From: an uncultured virus (IMG/VR IMGVR_UViG_3300046721_000269)
Taxonomy: Duplodnaviria; Heunggongvirae; Uroviricota; Caudoviricetes
Length of the DNA: 64,000 bases
Virus record (IMG/VR): IMGVR_UViG_3300046721_000269
Reading direction: 5' to 3' (one strand)
A program made the position numbers and the translations under genes. Within the stretch, counting starts at the first letter, position 1; every line of letters starts with the position of its first letter. This document shows positions 8,785-18,156 of the stretch, piece after piece. Below the pieces are notes generated by a model that was given only the letters and a program-made list of their open reading frames with translations, was not told the origin of the DNA and searched no databases.

Positions 8785-9882
8785 ATGAGCAACGAGAACT
8801 TTGAGATAAGGGACGCTTCATCCTCGGTTATCATTCCAGTAGTTACTTCCTACGGGCCATCCGGGTCGGGCAAGACGCTCTCGATGATACTGTACGCGCG
8901 GGGGATAGTGGGTCCCAAGGGTCGGATCATCGTAGTGGACGCGGAGAACAAGCGGGCATCGATCTTTGCCGACCAGGTCCCCGGCGGTTACAAGGTGATT
9001 GATCTGGCCCCGCCGTTCACCCCCGACCGCTATTACGCGGCGATCATTGCAGCTCAAGAGAGGTCGGATATAACGGTGGTAGACTCGATGTCGCACGAGT
9101 GGGAGGGCCCGGGGGGCGTGCTGGATTGGCAGGAGCAAGAGTTGGATCGGCTGAGCAAAGGGGACGCGGACAAGGCGCAGCAGGTCAAGATGCTGTCCTG
9201 GTCGGCGCCCAAGCAGTCGCACAAAAGGCTCATGCGCTGGCTGGCGGCGACTTCCAAGCCTTTGATTCTCTGCTTTCGGGCGGAGCACAAGACGCATTTC
9301 GATGAGGACACAAGCCCGCCGTTGCCGGACGCGGTAGCGCGGCAGGCGGCGCGGGAGGAGCGGCGGCGCCGGACGGTTGTGAAGGACCGGTTCACAACGC
9401 CGATTGGGGCTAAGGAGCTGGTATGGGATTGCCTGATAACCTACGAGATGGTCCGTAAAGAGCGGGAAGGGCTCGAGCAGGGGGGCTTTGTGATAGCGCG
9501 CAAGTGGACGCACCCGGATTTGATGCGGGTATTGCCCAAGCCGGATGAGCAGGTGTCGATTAAGCACGGGGAAGCGCTGGCGGCATGGTGCTCGCGAGCG
9601 GCAGTGAAGGCGCCGCCGGCAAGTCCTCCTGCCGGCAGCAAGCCGGTTGAAGGAACGCGGACGGTTAGTGAACGCGATCGGCTCCTGGGTGAACTTCGGA
9701 GCCTGACCCGTGAACAGAGCGGTTGGGATGGCAAGGCGGCATCGTGGCCGCTGGCAAAGCAGCGGATGCAACAATGGCTCATAGACGAGGGGGTCCTGGG
9801 CGACACACAGATTTTGGACACGCTGACGGACGGTGAACTGGCCGGAGCGGTCCAGGCAACGAAAACGAAACTGCAAAAATGA
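8785..9882 (+). CDS. AAA-family ATPase, Sak4-like phage recombination protein
   Basis: Walker A GPSGSGKT, VDAEN, Walker B VVDSMSHEW.G.GG.L. Confidence 0.8.
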   Translation: MSNENFEIRDASSSVIIPVVTSYGPSGSGKTLSMILYARGIVGPKGRIIVVDAENKRASIFADQVPGGYKVIDLAPPFTPDRYYAAIIAAQERSDITVVDSMSHEWEGPGGVLDWQEQELDRLSKGDADKAQQVKMLSWSAPKQSHKRLMRWLAATSKPLILCFRAEHKTHFDEDTSPPLPDAVARQAAREERRRRTVVKDRFTTPIGAKELVWDCLITYEMVRKEREGLEQGGFVIARKWTHPDLMRVLPKPDEQVSIKHGEALAAWCSRAAVKAPPASPPAGSKPVEGTRTVSERDRLLGELRSLTREQSGWDGKAASWPLAKQRMQQWLIDEGVLGDTQILDTLTDGELAGAVQATKTKLQK

Positions 9883-11276
9883 AACCACTCAGACTCAAGA
9901 TCCATAACGTGGGCCTCATTGAGGACACGGTCATTGAAATCAACAAGCCGCTGCTGCTGTTCTATGGCGACATCCGGCAAGGGAAAACCACGATACTGAA
10001 TTGCGTGCGTTGGGTCCTGGGGGCGTCGAACTGGCCCGAGGACATCATCAGGCACGGGGCGGACGAGGCGTCGATAGAGTTCGAGTTTGATGGCGGGGTA
10101 GTGTCGCGCTCGTGGTACCGGAGCAAGGCCGGCAAGAGCAAGGGGACGACTCAGGCGCGGGAGACGACCTTCATTCGAAACGGGCGCCCGGTGGAGAGGC
10201 CGGCCAGCGAGTTATCGCGGCTGGTTAATCCGTTCCTGGTGGACCACGAGTATCTGAAGAAGATGAGCGAGGGGGAGCGCCGGCAATACTTCGTGGACTC
10301 TTTCCCGGTGGACACCAAGGACCTGGATACCGAGTCATTCAACAATGACAAGGAAGCGACCGAGCTGCGCGCCAAGGTGCGCGGGTATGGCCAGATCGAT
10401 TTGACGCCCGTGCCGGCGACCAGCACGCCGGACTTGAAGCGGCAACTGTCCGAAGCCAGGGCGGCGCATGCTGCTGGAATGACCAAGCTGGTCGAGGAAC
10501 AGGAGCAGCTCGAGAGGAAGTGGCGGACCGAGTCTGAGCTGATTGAGGATGAAAACGAGAAGCGCCGCGAACAGAACCGGCGGAACGCAGACGCTGAGTC
10601 ATACCTTCGGAGCATCAAAGCGCGGATAGCCGAGCTCGAGGCGGAGGCCGAGAAGGCGATCGCGGTGATGCGGGAGAACCCGGTTTTAGCGCTGGCACCA
10701 AAGCCGGAGAAACCTGAGGCGCTGGTCCAGCTTGCGCGCAAGGCTGCGGATTACCCGATAACAACGCCCGAGCTCGAGAAGCTGCAGGAAGCGGTAAACG
10801 AGTCGACGCTAAACGATGAGCGGCGCAAGGTGTTCCTGGCGAACAAAGCCAAGGCCGAGCAGAAGGAGCGGGAAGAGAAGCGCGTCCAGGAGTTGGAGGC
10901 CCGCGCGCGAGAAATCAAAAAGGAGAGGGTTGCCCGGTTAAGCAAGTGCGCGGAGGTAGTCCCCGGGCTGTCCTTTGCCGAGTCGGGGCAATTCACTTTC
11001 GAGGGGACCGACGCGGGGATGCTGAGCACATCGCAGATAATGCGGCTCTCGGAGATGCTGAGCGCGCTCTACCCTGAGGGGTTTGGGCTGAGCCTGATTG
11101 ACCGGGCTGAGAGCATGGGCAAATCCATCTTTGAATTCGTGGACCGGGCCAAGGCGGAGAAAAAGACGATCCTGGCAACCATCGTGGGCGAGGCGCCCGC
11201 GGCAGCGCCGGCTGAGGTCGGAGTCTTTGTGGTGGACCAGGGAAAGGTCACGTCCAAACAAACGGAGCTGATATGA
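9879..11276 (+). CDS. SMC/Rad50-like ATPase with central coiled coil
   Basis: GDIRQGKTT, long coiled coil, LSTSQ signature, LIDRAE Walker B. Confidence 0.75.
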   Translation: MKPLRLKIHNVGLIEDTVIEINKPLLLFYGDIRQGKTTILNCVRWVLGASNWPEDIIRHGADEASIEFEFDGGVVSRSWYRSKAGKSKGTTQARETTFIRNGRPVERPASELSRLVNPFLVDHEYLKKMSEGERRQYFVDSFPVDTKDLDTESFNNDKEATELRAKVRGYGQIDLTPVPATSTPDLKRQLSEARAAHAAGMTKLVEEQEQLERKWRTESELIEDENEKRREQNRRNADAESYLRSIKARIAELEAEAEKAIAVMRENPVLALAPKPEKPEALVQLARKAADYPITTPELEKLQEAVNESTLNDERRKVFLANKAKAEQKEREEKRVQELEARAREIKKERVARLSKCAEVVPGLSFAESGQFTFEGTDAGMLSTSQIMRLSEMLSALYPEGFGLSLIDRAESMGKSIFEFVDRAKAEKKTILATIVGEAPAAAPAEVGVFVVDQGKVTSKQTELI

Positions 11277-11521
11277 ACGCAAGCGAGCTGAGAGTTGGGA
11301 TGCGCGTCAAATCGCTCGTCGAGTTTAGCGGTGTGCCGGCCGGGAGTCAGGGTGTTGTGGACGAGGATTACGGAACTGGCTTCATGGTGGCGTGGGACCT
11401 GCCAGGGCACCCACTGCCGGCGGGCTATACCACCTACGAAGGAGTCCCGGTCATCCAAAGCGGCATAACTCGGGACGGTTTCGACAAGAAAACAGAACTT
11501 CAATATCTGGAGGCCGTATGA
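11273..11521 (+). CDS. hypothetical SH3-like small protein
   Basis: 82 aa, ATGA coupling, GGAG RBS. Confidence 0.65.
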   Translation: MNASELRVGMRVKSLVEFSGVPAGSQGVVDEDYGTGFMVAWDLPGHPLPAGYTTYEGVPVIQSGITRDGFDKKTELQYLEAV

Positions 11522-11718
11522 AGCTGCGTTACAAGTGCCGCCGTTGTGAAAAGGTGTTTTACGCCGGCGAGGACATGCCACAAAAGGAGGCATGGGACGA
11601 GCTGCTTAGAGCTCTTGTTGCGGGGGGGTCATCGAACCTTATGACTATCCATCCCTGTGACGGCGAGCGCGAGAGCACCAAAGCCTTTGGGCTTGCCGAC
11701 CTACAAGGAGCATCATGA
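11518..11718 (+). CDS. small zinc-ribbon-like protein
   Basis: MKLRYKCRRC...HPC...GLADLQG; GGAGG RBS, ATGA overlaps. Confidence 0.6.
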   Translation: MKLRYKCRRCEKVFYAGEDMPQKEAWDELLRALVAGGSSNLMTIHPCDGERESTKAFGLADLQGAS

Positions 11719-12713
11719 GCCCGTCACAATTCTTTGAGGTCAATCCTCTCAAGTTCGTCGACGGCCAGATCGTCGCGGAGAACGTCACAACCGAGGCTTA
11801 CCTCCGCCAGGACCCAAAGACAGGGAGGGGCCATCCTGACTTTGTCGTGAGCCGGTCGGAGCTGATGCTCTTCATGTCGAACCCTCAGCGCTGGATCCGC
11901 GGCTACGAGTTCAAAGACACGGCCGCGACCGAATGGGGCACGCTGATTGACTGCCTTGTCACGTGCAAGGGCGAGTTCGAGAAGCGCTTCGCCCTGACGC
12001 CCGAAACGTGCGAGGCCACAAAGACGATGAAGATCGTCAAAGAGGGAAAGGCACGGGCCGGCGACCAGGTCCCCTGGAGCCCAACGGCTACGGAGTGCAG
12101 GGAATGGAAAGAGGAGGCGGAGTCCCGTGGCTTGCAGATCGTGACTCGCAAGGAAATGGAGCAGGCCAATCAGGCGATCGCCGCGCTAAAGTCGGACGCC
12201 TGGATCGGGCACATGCTGGCTGAGGCTTCCTTCCAGGTCATGTGCATCGCGACCTATGAGGACAAGGACACAAAGGTCAAGGTCCCGCTCAAGTGCCTCG
12301 TAGACATTGTCCCATCGATGAAGGGGCAATACGCCAACGGCCTGACCGACTTCAAGACCGCCAGGACGGCATCGCCCAAGGAGTGGGAGAATGCCTGCAG
12401 GAAGCAGCACTACGACGTGCAGGGCGCGATGAGCCTGGATATCTGGTCCGCGTGCAAACCCAAAGAACGCTGGTGCTGGTATCACATCATTCAGGAAAAC
12501 GAATTTCCATGGCAACCCGCCCGCCGGTATATGTCCGATACGATGCTGGCGATGGGGCGGATCGATATGTGGCAGGCGCTCAAACGCTACTGCCGTTGCC
12601 TCAAGGAAAATCAGTGGCCGAGTTGGGATGACGAAGGCCCGCAAGTCGTCTACGGCTTTGGCCCGATAAACGCCAACAAATACCAGGCCGAGGAATACGG
12701 CCTCGGGCAATGA
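11715..12713 (+). CDS. PD-(D/E)XK exonuclease, RecE/ExoVIII-like (DUF3799-type)
   Basis: SRSEL, GTLID, KCLVD...DFKT, YDVQGA motifs; recombination module context. Confidence 0.8.
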   Translation: MSPSQFFEVNPLKFVDGQIVAENVTTEAYLRQDPKTGRGHPDFVVSRSELMLFMSNPQRWIRGYEFKDTAATEWGTLIDCLVTCKGEFEKRFALTPETCEATKTMKIVKEGKARAGDQVPWSPTATECREWKEEAESRGLQIVTRKEMEQANQAIAALKSDAWIGHMLAEASFQVMCIATYEDKDTKVKVPLKCLVDIVPSMKGQYANGLTDFKTARTASPKEWENACRKQHYDVQGAMSLDIWSACKPKERWCWYHIIQENEFPWQPARRYMSDTMLAMGRIDMWQALKRYCRCLKENQWPSWDDEGPQVVYGFGPINANKYQAEEYGLGQ

Positions 12714-12725
12714 AAGGACCACCTA

Positions 12726-13051
12726 TGGCACAAGCACAAGGCCGGCTGAATGGAATTACCGGCGAGCAAGTCCCGGAAATCGAAGAGGCAGCGGCGGACC
12801 TGCGTAAACTCCAAAGCAAACGCGCCAAGTTAGCAGAGCAGGAAGAGAAGGCGCGCCTGAACCTTTGCGAGGTTCTCAAAAAGCACGGGTATGGCCGTAA
12901 GAAGTACATGTTCGATATCCTGGACGATGAGACGGGGAAAGAGGTCAAGCTCGACGTGTTCACCGAGAAGGTAACGACCGAGCGCGCCCGCGTCCGGATC
13001 CACAAGGACGAGAAGAAGAAAGAGGGCGAGTCCGAAGAGGCGGGCGATTAG
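12726..13051 (+). CDS. hypothetical basic coiled-coil protein
   Basis: ORF 12710..13051; alternative start MAQAQ. Confidence 0.6.
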
Positions 13052-13287
13052 TAGCTCGAGTTGTTACCGTAGCGCAGTGAGCGCACTACTCCGCCACGCG
13101 CCATCTTCCGGCGACCTCCCCTAAGCCTGCCGAGAGTCTGAGCAAGCCGCGCGCGCCTTCCGAGGGTCCCGCCCTTGGACGCCGCGGCTGCGAGTTTTTT
13201 AGCGGGGATTTTCTTCCCCATTGGCACCCCAAGTTGTTTGTGGAGCGCGCCAGGGTGTTTAATCGCGCCTTTGATCCAGTTCGCCAT
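13048..13287 (-). CDS. small basic phage protein (WIxxAIKxPGALH family), probably virion-associated
   Basis: MANWIKGAIKHPGALHKQLGVP..KIP..KL..A...GRRARLAQTL; own promoter TTGACA-17-CAAATG 6 nt upstream. Confidence 0.75.
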   Translation of the reverse strand: MANWIKGAIKHPGALHKQLGVPMGKKIPAKKLAAAASKGGTLGRRARLAQTLGRLRGGRRKMARGGVVRSLRYGNNSSY

Positions 13288-13342
13288 GTGGGCCATTTGA
13301 GTTATTAACAGTGGGGTGTCAATAACTTTCTAAAACTTAGGC

Positions 13343-13506
13343 TTCACAGATCGGATAGGAGGCATATAGTCCACGCCACAGTCACGGATGATTGTGGGCG
13401 CACTGAAACGTCCGATAATTTTTCAACCGATACTTTCGGCTCTCCGGTTCCGTGCGGGATGTCGCCCGACTTCCTTTTCAGCCACGGGACCGGCAGAGCC
13501 GTTTTT
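13343..13506 (+). promoter_or_regulatory. promoter plus structured attenuator-like leader upstream of the replication initiator
   Basis: TTCACA-16-TATAGT (13343-13370); long hairpin 13437-13501 followed by TTTTT; upstream cacgga, gggcg, ctgaaa complementary to stem/loop. Confidence 0.55.
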
Positions 13507-13511
13507 GAGCG

Positions 13512-14285
13512 ATGCGAAACGCGGAATGTGCTCTTTGGGCGTTACGGCAGCGGGTCGGACGCGGAAGCGACAAGTTAATACTCGCGGTCCTGGCCAGCTT
13601 CTCGGACGATAAAATGCAGGCGTGGCCATCACAGAGCACCATTGCACTCGAGGCGGAGGTTGACATAAAAACGGTCAGTATGGGGCTGCGGCGCATAGAG
13701 GCTGCTGGACTGATCAAACAAGTCGGCACAGTAGGGCTAGGGACTAAGGTTTGGAAGCTGCTTCAGCGGGTAGCGCCACCACCGGAAACGGTGGACGATT
13801 ATGTACTTACTTCTATACCTGTTAATAAGGAAGGGGGTACGGGGGAAACCACAAAAACCACACAGGCCGAGTTGATTCCCAGGCCAAGGAAGGACAGGGG
13901 CACGCTCGAGGATGTTCAAAAGCTCTGCCTGGAACTTGGATTGCCCGAATCCGATGCCACATGGTTCTTCTACAAGTGTGAGGGCTGCGGATGGGTAAAC
14001 GCGAAGCAGCCGATCAAGGATTGGAAAGCGACAATTCGAGCCTGGAGGGCTGGCGGATTTTTCCCGAGCCAAAAGACCAACGGCGCGAGCAAACATTTCT
14101 CTGAGACGGACGCCCGCCGACGCGAGCAGATGGCTCGGAGTTCACAAGTACCACTAACCACGAAAACCGTTATGAGATATGGAAAGGGTCAAAACAATGG
14201 ATCCGGAGAAACTAACAGATGCGAGAGTACCCCGCCGTTACCGGGAACAGATACAGGGACACCAGGGCCAGGGACCGTGGCATGA
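13512..14285 (+). CDS. replication initiator, N-terminal winged HTH
   Basis: KLIL..LA...D....WPSQ.TIA......TV...L..LE.AGLI; C-terminal GW...IKDWKATIR.W; precedes DnaC-like gene. Confidence 0.75.
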   Translation: MRNAECALWALRQRVGRGSDKLILAVLASFSDDKMQAWPSQSTIALEAEVDIKTVSMGLRRIEAAGLIKQVGTVGLGTKVWKLLQRVAPPPETVDDYVLTSIPVNKEGGTGETTKTTQAELIPRPRKDRGTLEDVQKLCLELGLPESDATWFFYKCEGCGWVNAKQPIKDWKATIRAWRAGGFFPSQKTNGASKHFSETDARRREQMARSSQVPLTTKTVMRYGKGQNNGSGETNRCESTPPLPGTDTGTPGPGTVA

Positions 14286-14757
14286 CTGCGGCAGAGACTT
14301 CTTTCAAAGGCTCGGCAAGAAAGGCGTCCTGCTCGCGGCCATCGGCAAGAGCGGCGTGGGCAAAACGCAGCTTGCGGCCAACATCATTTACAACGTGGTG
14401 CGGCATACCGGAAGGTCCTGCCTCTACACGACCGCTCGCGACTTTTTCCTCGACCTCAAGGCGTGCTACCGCGCCGACGGGGAGCCTGAGCGGGAAGTCA
14501 TTGGGGAGTACTGCAAACCATCGTTCCTCGTCATCGACGAGTACGACAAGCGAAGCGGAAGCCAGTGGGAGGACGGAATGCTCGAGCACGTTATCAACCG
14601 CCGTTACGGCATGATGAAAGACACGATGCTCATAGCCAACTACAGCCAGCCGGCATTTGAAGAGGCGCTCGGGCCGGCCAACCTCTCGAGGTTGAACGAG
14701 GGCGGGCTCATGGCGGTATGCGACTGGCCAAGTTTCAGGGAGGCTGTGTGTGGCTGA
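14179..14757 (+). CDS. DnaC/IstB-like ATPase (helicase loader)
   Basis: GKSGVGKT, LVIDE, INRRY, SRL.E, W.SFR. Confidence 0.85.
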   Translation: MERVKTMDPEKLTDARVPRRYREQIQGHQGQGPWHDCGRDFFQRLGKKGVLLAAIGKSGVGKTQLAANIIYNVVRHTGRSCLYTTARDFFLDLKACYRADGEPEREVIGEYCKPSFLVIDEYDKRSGSQWEDGMLEHVINRRYGMMKDTMLIANYSQPAFEEALGPANLSRLNEGGLMAVCDWPSFREAVCG

Positions 14758-16127
14758 TCCCGGAGAAGCTGGCCCGACCCTGGTTAGCCTGTGTCGCGGG
14801 GTCGGATTACTCGACGAAGCCGTTAAACTGGTTTTTCCCGGAGCAACGACTCTATGTAGCGCGGAGTGGGAAAGCTACGCCAACGCCGTGTACCTGGCGC
14901 GGATGGAAGAATCGAGCGTGGACGCCCATCCTATTTGGATCGGAGATATTGCCGACCTCGAGCTTTCCGCGCTTCGTCGCCTTGTCTATATCCTCTGCGC
15001 GAGCCTCCCTTGCACGCCGTTCAGTTATGCCGGACTACGCACCGGAAACGACGATCCTCGAGCTTTTGGAGATGGCAGCGGACCAGCTCGACATTGTCTC
15101 CGGCTCATTGCCGAGTGTTGCCCCGCCCTGGTGTTCTTCGAGAACGCGCCAGCTTGGGTTAGAGGGCTTAGGGACAAGCGAAGCGGAAAAATCAACTATC
15201 CGTTCCTGGCTTTCGGAGCGGAATTATGCGGAATGGGTTACGAGCTCGTTGAACCGGTCTTTATCTCTGCGGACGATGTTAAAGGAGCGCACGAGCGCGA
15301 AAGAGTCTTTGTGCTGGCCTACCGCCACGGCCCGGATGGACTCCGGTGCAAACAATCGTTATCAGCGTGGCTGCGAGAAGGCAGGCAGGCAGTTGCAGGA
15401 AGAGGCGGCGAACTGGCAGACCCCGCGATCCAACGAGGCGGGAAACTTCACCAGGGATCACGGGGTACCGGGAATGGAACGGGACACGCTCTCGGGCCAG
15501 TCGGAGAAGTGGGCGACCCCGGACGCGCCGACGGGCGGCAGCAGGACCAGGAGCGACGAGGCGATGCAGCTGGGGCTTCACGGAACGGGAGCCAAGATGC
15601 AGGTGACACTGCAGGACCAGGCCAGCCGCTGGTCGACGCCCAGGGCGAGCGAGGGCGGTCCGGACTTTGCGAAACCGGAGCGGAGCAACACGGGGATGGG
15701 CTTGCCGGCACAAACGGCGAATTGGCCGACGGTCACAACAATGGACGGGGAGCAGGCCGGCGGGAGGGGCAGGAGGGAAAACCGGGGCAAGACAACACTC
15801 AGCCTCGAGACGGAGAACTGGCCGACGTGTCAGGCCAGGGACTACCGGAGCGGGGAGACGCGAAAGGACTACGGAAACTCCCGACCGTTGACGGAGGCAG
15901 TCCTCGAATTTTCGCTCCAGGGCCAAAAGATCCCCGATGGCAAGACATCCTCGAGTCCTGCCCGTGGCTCGCGCCCGCGGTTAAACCCGGCTTTCGCGTT
16001 ATGGTTGATGGGCGCCCCATGGTTCTGGACGAGGCCCGAATCGATCAGCTTCGGTGCACAGGTAACGCAGTTGTGGCAATTCAAGGCGCGTGTGCTCTTG
16101 TGGAGCTTCTTCGGAGAGCCGGAATAG
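14748..16127 (+). CDS. overlapping alternative-frame partner of the C5 MTase (WxTP repeats + motif IX)
   Basis: 1.4 kb open frame; six W[PQAS]T repeats; RLNPAFALWLMGAPWFWT; GTG 14748 shares the RBS with GTG 14750. Confidence 0.7.
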   Translation: MWLIPEKLARPWLACVAGSDYSTKPLNWFFPEQRLYVARSGKATPTPCTWRGWKNRAWTPILFGSEILPTSSFPRFVALSISSARASLARRSVMPDYAPETTILELLEMAADQLDIVSGSLPSVAPPWCSSRTRQLGLEGLGTSEAEKSTIRSWLSERNYAEWVTSSLNRSLSLRTMLKERTSAKESLCWPTATARMDSGANNRYQRGCEKAGRQLQEEAANWQTPRSNEAGNFTRDHGVPGMERDTLSGQSEKWATPDAPTGGSRTRSDEAMQLGLHGTGAKMQVTLQDQASRWSTPRASEGGPDFAKPERSNTGMGLPAQTANWPTVTTMDGEQAGGRGRRENRGKTTLSLETENWPTCQARDYRSGETRKDYGNSRPLTEAVLEFSLQGQKIPDGKTSSSPARGSRPRLNPAFALWLMGAPWFWTRPESISFGAQVTQLWQFKARVLLWSFFGEPE

Positions 16128-16132
16128 CATGA
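14750..16132 (+). CDS. DNA cytosine-5 methyltransferase, alpha-type polypeptide (motifs I-VIII, X)
   Basis: SLCRGVG (I), LPCTPFSYAG (IV), FFENAP (VI), HERERVF (VIII), CTGNAVV (X). Confidence 0.8.
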   Translation: MADPGEAGPTLVSLCRGVGLLDEAVKLVFPGATTLCSAEWESYANAVYLARMEESSVDAHPIWIGDIADLELSALRRLVYILCASLPCTPFSYAGLRTGNDDPRAFGDGSGPARHCLRLIAECCPALVFFENAPAWVRGLRDKRSGKINYPFLAFGAELCGMGYELVEPVFISADDVKGAHERERVFVLAYRHGPDGLRCKQSLSAWLREGRQAVAGRGGELADPAIQRGGKLHQGSRGTGNGTGHALGPVGEVGDPGRADGRQQDQERRGDAAGASRNGSQDAGDTAGPGQPLVDAQGERGRSGLCETGAEQHGDGLAGTNGELADGHNNGRGAGRREGQEGKPGQDNTQPRDGELADVSGQGLPERGDAKGLRKLPTVDGGSPRIFAPGPKDPRWQDILESCPWLAPAVKPGFRVMVDGRPMVLDEARIDQLRCTGNAVVAIQGACALVELLRRAGIA

Positions 16133-17556
16133 GACGTCAAGCGTCCGAGCCGTCACCGGACCGATTGCCGCCGAACTCACCAGAGGCGGAAGAATCGGCC
16201 CTGGGGTGCATTCTGATGGACGAAAAGCGCTCAGTGGAGTGCATCAGTCTTTTCGTTGAAAAGTTCGGTCCGAGCGCGCCGGATGCCTTCTACGACATGC
16301 GGCGCCAGACGATTTGGACCGCGATGCTCGAGCTTTACACGGCCGGGATCCGGGTCTACGTCATCAGCCTTGTCGATTATCTGCGAGACAAGCAACTGCT
16401 CGAGCAGGTCGGCGGGGTGGTTTACATTGCGCAGCTCGCGGACGTGTCCCCATCACCGGAAGCGCTGCCGACCTTCATTGATATCCTGATTGAGAAGCTG
16501 AGGCGCCGGCAAATGATCAAGGCCTGCGTTCAGGCCGTATCAACGCTCTACGAGGACGCGGAGGCGGACAGCGCCATGGACACCGTTGAGCGGTCCGTGA
16601 TGGAGGTCCGCAAAATTGGCGCAGCGGGACAACTGAAGCCGATCAAGGAAGTAGTTCAGGGGGCGATCGCGAGGATTGAGGACTTCCACCAGCGCAAGGG
16701 CATGCTAGTCGGGCTGTCTACCGGGTTTGCCGACATCGATAAAATGACCGGCGGGCTCGAGAATGGGACTTACAACATCATCGCGGCGCGCCCGAGCATG
16801 GGCAAGACCTCCCTGGCAATGAACATCGTTGAGCACGTGGCGATCGATCAACAGCTCTCGGTCGGAGTATTCAGCCTGGAAATGACGGTTGAATCGTTGG
16901 TGATGCGGATGCTTTGCTCCCGCGCCCGCGTGAACCTGCGCAATGTCCGTGACGGGTTCCTGGCCGAGCGGGACTTCCCGAAGCTCACCGGAGCGGCCGG
17001 CAAGATTGCCGTGAGCAACCTTTTTGTGGATGACGCCAACGGGCTCAGTGTGATGGAGCTGAGGGCTCGAGCGCGCCGGATGAAGATCCAGCACGGCATC
17101 AAATTATTAGTGATAGATTATGTGCAATTACTTATAGCCACGGTGAACGGCAGGAGGCCTGATAAGCGCGAGCGGGAAGTCTCCGAGGTTTCAGCCGGCA
17201 TCAAGGCACTTTCGAAGGAGCTCGCGATCCCGGTCCTGGCGATATGCCAGCTCAACCGCGAAATCGACCGCGCCAAACGAAAACCCGTCCTGGCGGACCT
17301 GAGGGAAAGCGGGAGCCTCGAGCAGGATGCAGACCTTGTTGGCATGTTGTACCGACCGCAAATCGACGATGAAAACAGAGAGCAAGATGAAGCTACGCCG
17401 GTGTGCCTGGACATAGCCAAGCAGAGGAATGGGCCTTCCGGTGAAGTCAAGCTGACCTTCCTCAAACCCTACACTCGGTTCGAGTCAGCGGCCAGGGTGA
17501 GTGACGAGGACATGCCAAATGACCAACAACACGACCTTGACTACCATGAGCGGTAA
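16129..17556 (+). CDS. dnaB: replicative DNA helicase DnaB
   Basis: PPNSPEAE, AARPSMGKT, FSLEM, IDYVQL, QLNRE, DLRESGSLEQDAD, AKQRNGP. Confidence 0.95.
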   Translation: MRRQASEPSPDRLPPNSPEAEESALGCILMDEKRSVECISLFVEKFGPSAPDAFYDMRRQTIWTAMLELYTAGIRVYVISLVDYLRDKQLLEQVGGVVYIAQLADVSPSPEALPTFIDILIEKLRRRQMIKACVQAVSTLYEDAEADSAMDTVERSVMEVRKIGAAGQLKPIKEVVQGAIARIEDFHQRKGMLVGLSTGFADIDKMTGGLENGTYNIIAARPSMGKTSLAMNIVEHVAIDQQLSVGVFSLEMTVESLVMRMLCSRARVNLRNVRDGFLAERDFPKLTGAAGKIAVSNLFVDDANGLSVMELRARARRMKIQHGIKLLVIDYVQLLIATVNGRRPDKREREVSEVSAGIKALSKELAIPVLAICQLNREIDRAKRKPVLADLRESGSLEQDADLVGMLYRPQIDDENREQDEATPVCLDIAKQRNGPSGEVKLTFLKPYTRFESAARVSDEDMPNDQQHDLDYHER

Positions 17557-17577
17557 ACGGTAAAAGGAGCGCCATCA

Positions 17578-18156
17578 ATGAAACGTGAGCCGCAAAGTCC
17601 GATCGCCAAGGCAATCCACTCGCTGATAAAGGGAACGTGCATCAAGCCCGAGACACTCGACGTTATTGAGACACTCAGGGACAATAAGCTCGAGCTCGTA
17701 TTCCTGCCGGATATGTGCGACTTCCGGATCCTGATCGGCAGCAAAGGCAAGACAATCACGGCGCTGCAGCACGTTGCTCAGGAAATGGGGCGCGGATCCG
17801 GACTCGAGGTCGGCCTGGAGTTGCGGGAATCCTACATCGGAGAGCGCCTTCCGATGAGCGACTTTGAACTAAATCCCGGATTCAAAGGGCCGGAAATGCT
17901 ACCCATCCTCGACCCGTTTTTAGAGCTGCTCTTCGACCCACTCCCAACGGTCCGATTCGAGGACAAAGGCGAGAAGCTCTACATCATCATCGACGTGCCG
18001 GAAGAAGAGCTGCCGCTAATCAAGGCAATGGGCGTAGCCTTTTACCCTTACGGGTTCAGGCACGGACGCAGGCTGAGCTTCCGGATCGTCGACTACCACG
18101 AAACTGAAAATGAGACACCAACAAACACCGACGGCGTTTCCCCTGGCGTGGCCTAA
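17578..18156 (+). CDS. KH-domain RNA-binding protein (KhpA-like, with degenerate second unit)
   Basis: DFRILIGSKGKTITALQ GxxG loop. Confidence 0.65.
   Translation: MKREPQSPIAKAIHSLIKGTCIKPETLDVIETLRDNKLELVFLPDMCDFRILIGSKGKTITALQHVAQEMGRGSGLEVGLELRESYIGERLPMSDFELNPGFKGPEMLPILDPFLELLFDPLPTVRFEDKGEKLYIIIDVPEEELPLIKAMGVAFYPYGFRHGRRLSFRIVDYHETENETPTNTDGVSPGVA

Noticed and set aside
8818..9888. 356-aa minus-strand ORF (and similar ones at 37047, 41136, 43431, 44870, 59240)
   Set aside because: Antisense frames kept open by GC-rich codon bias of real genes
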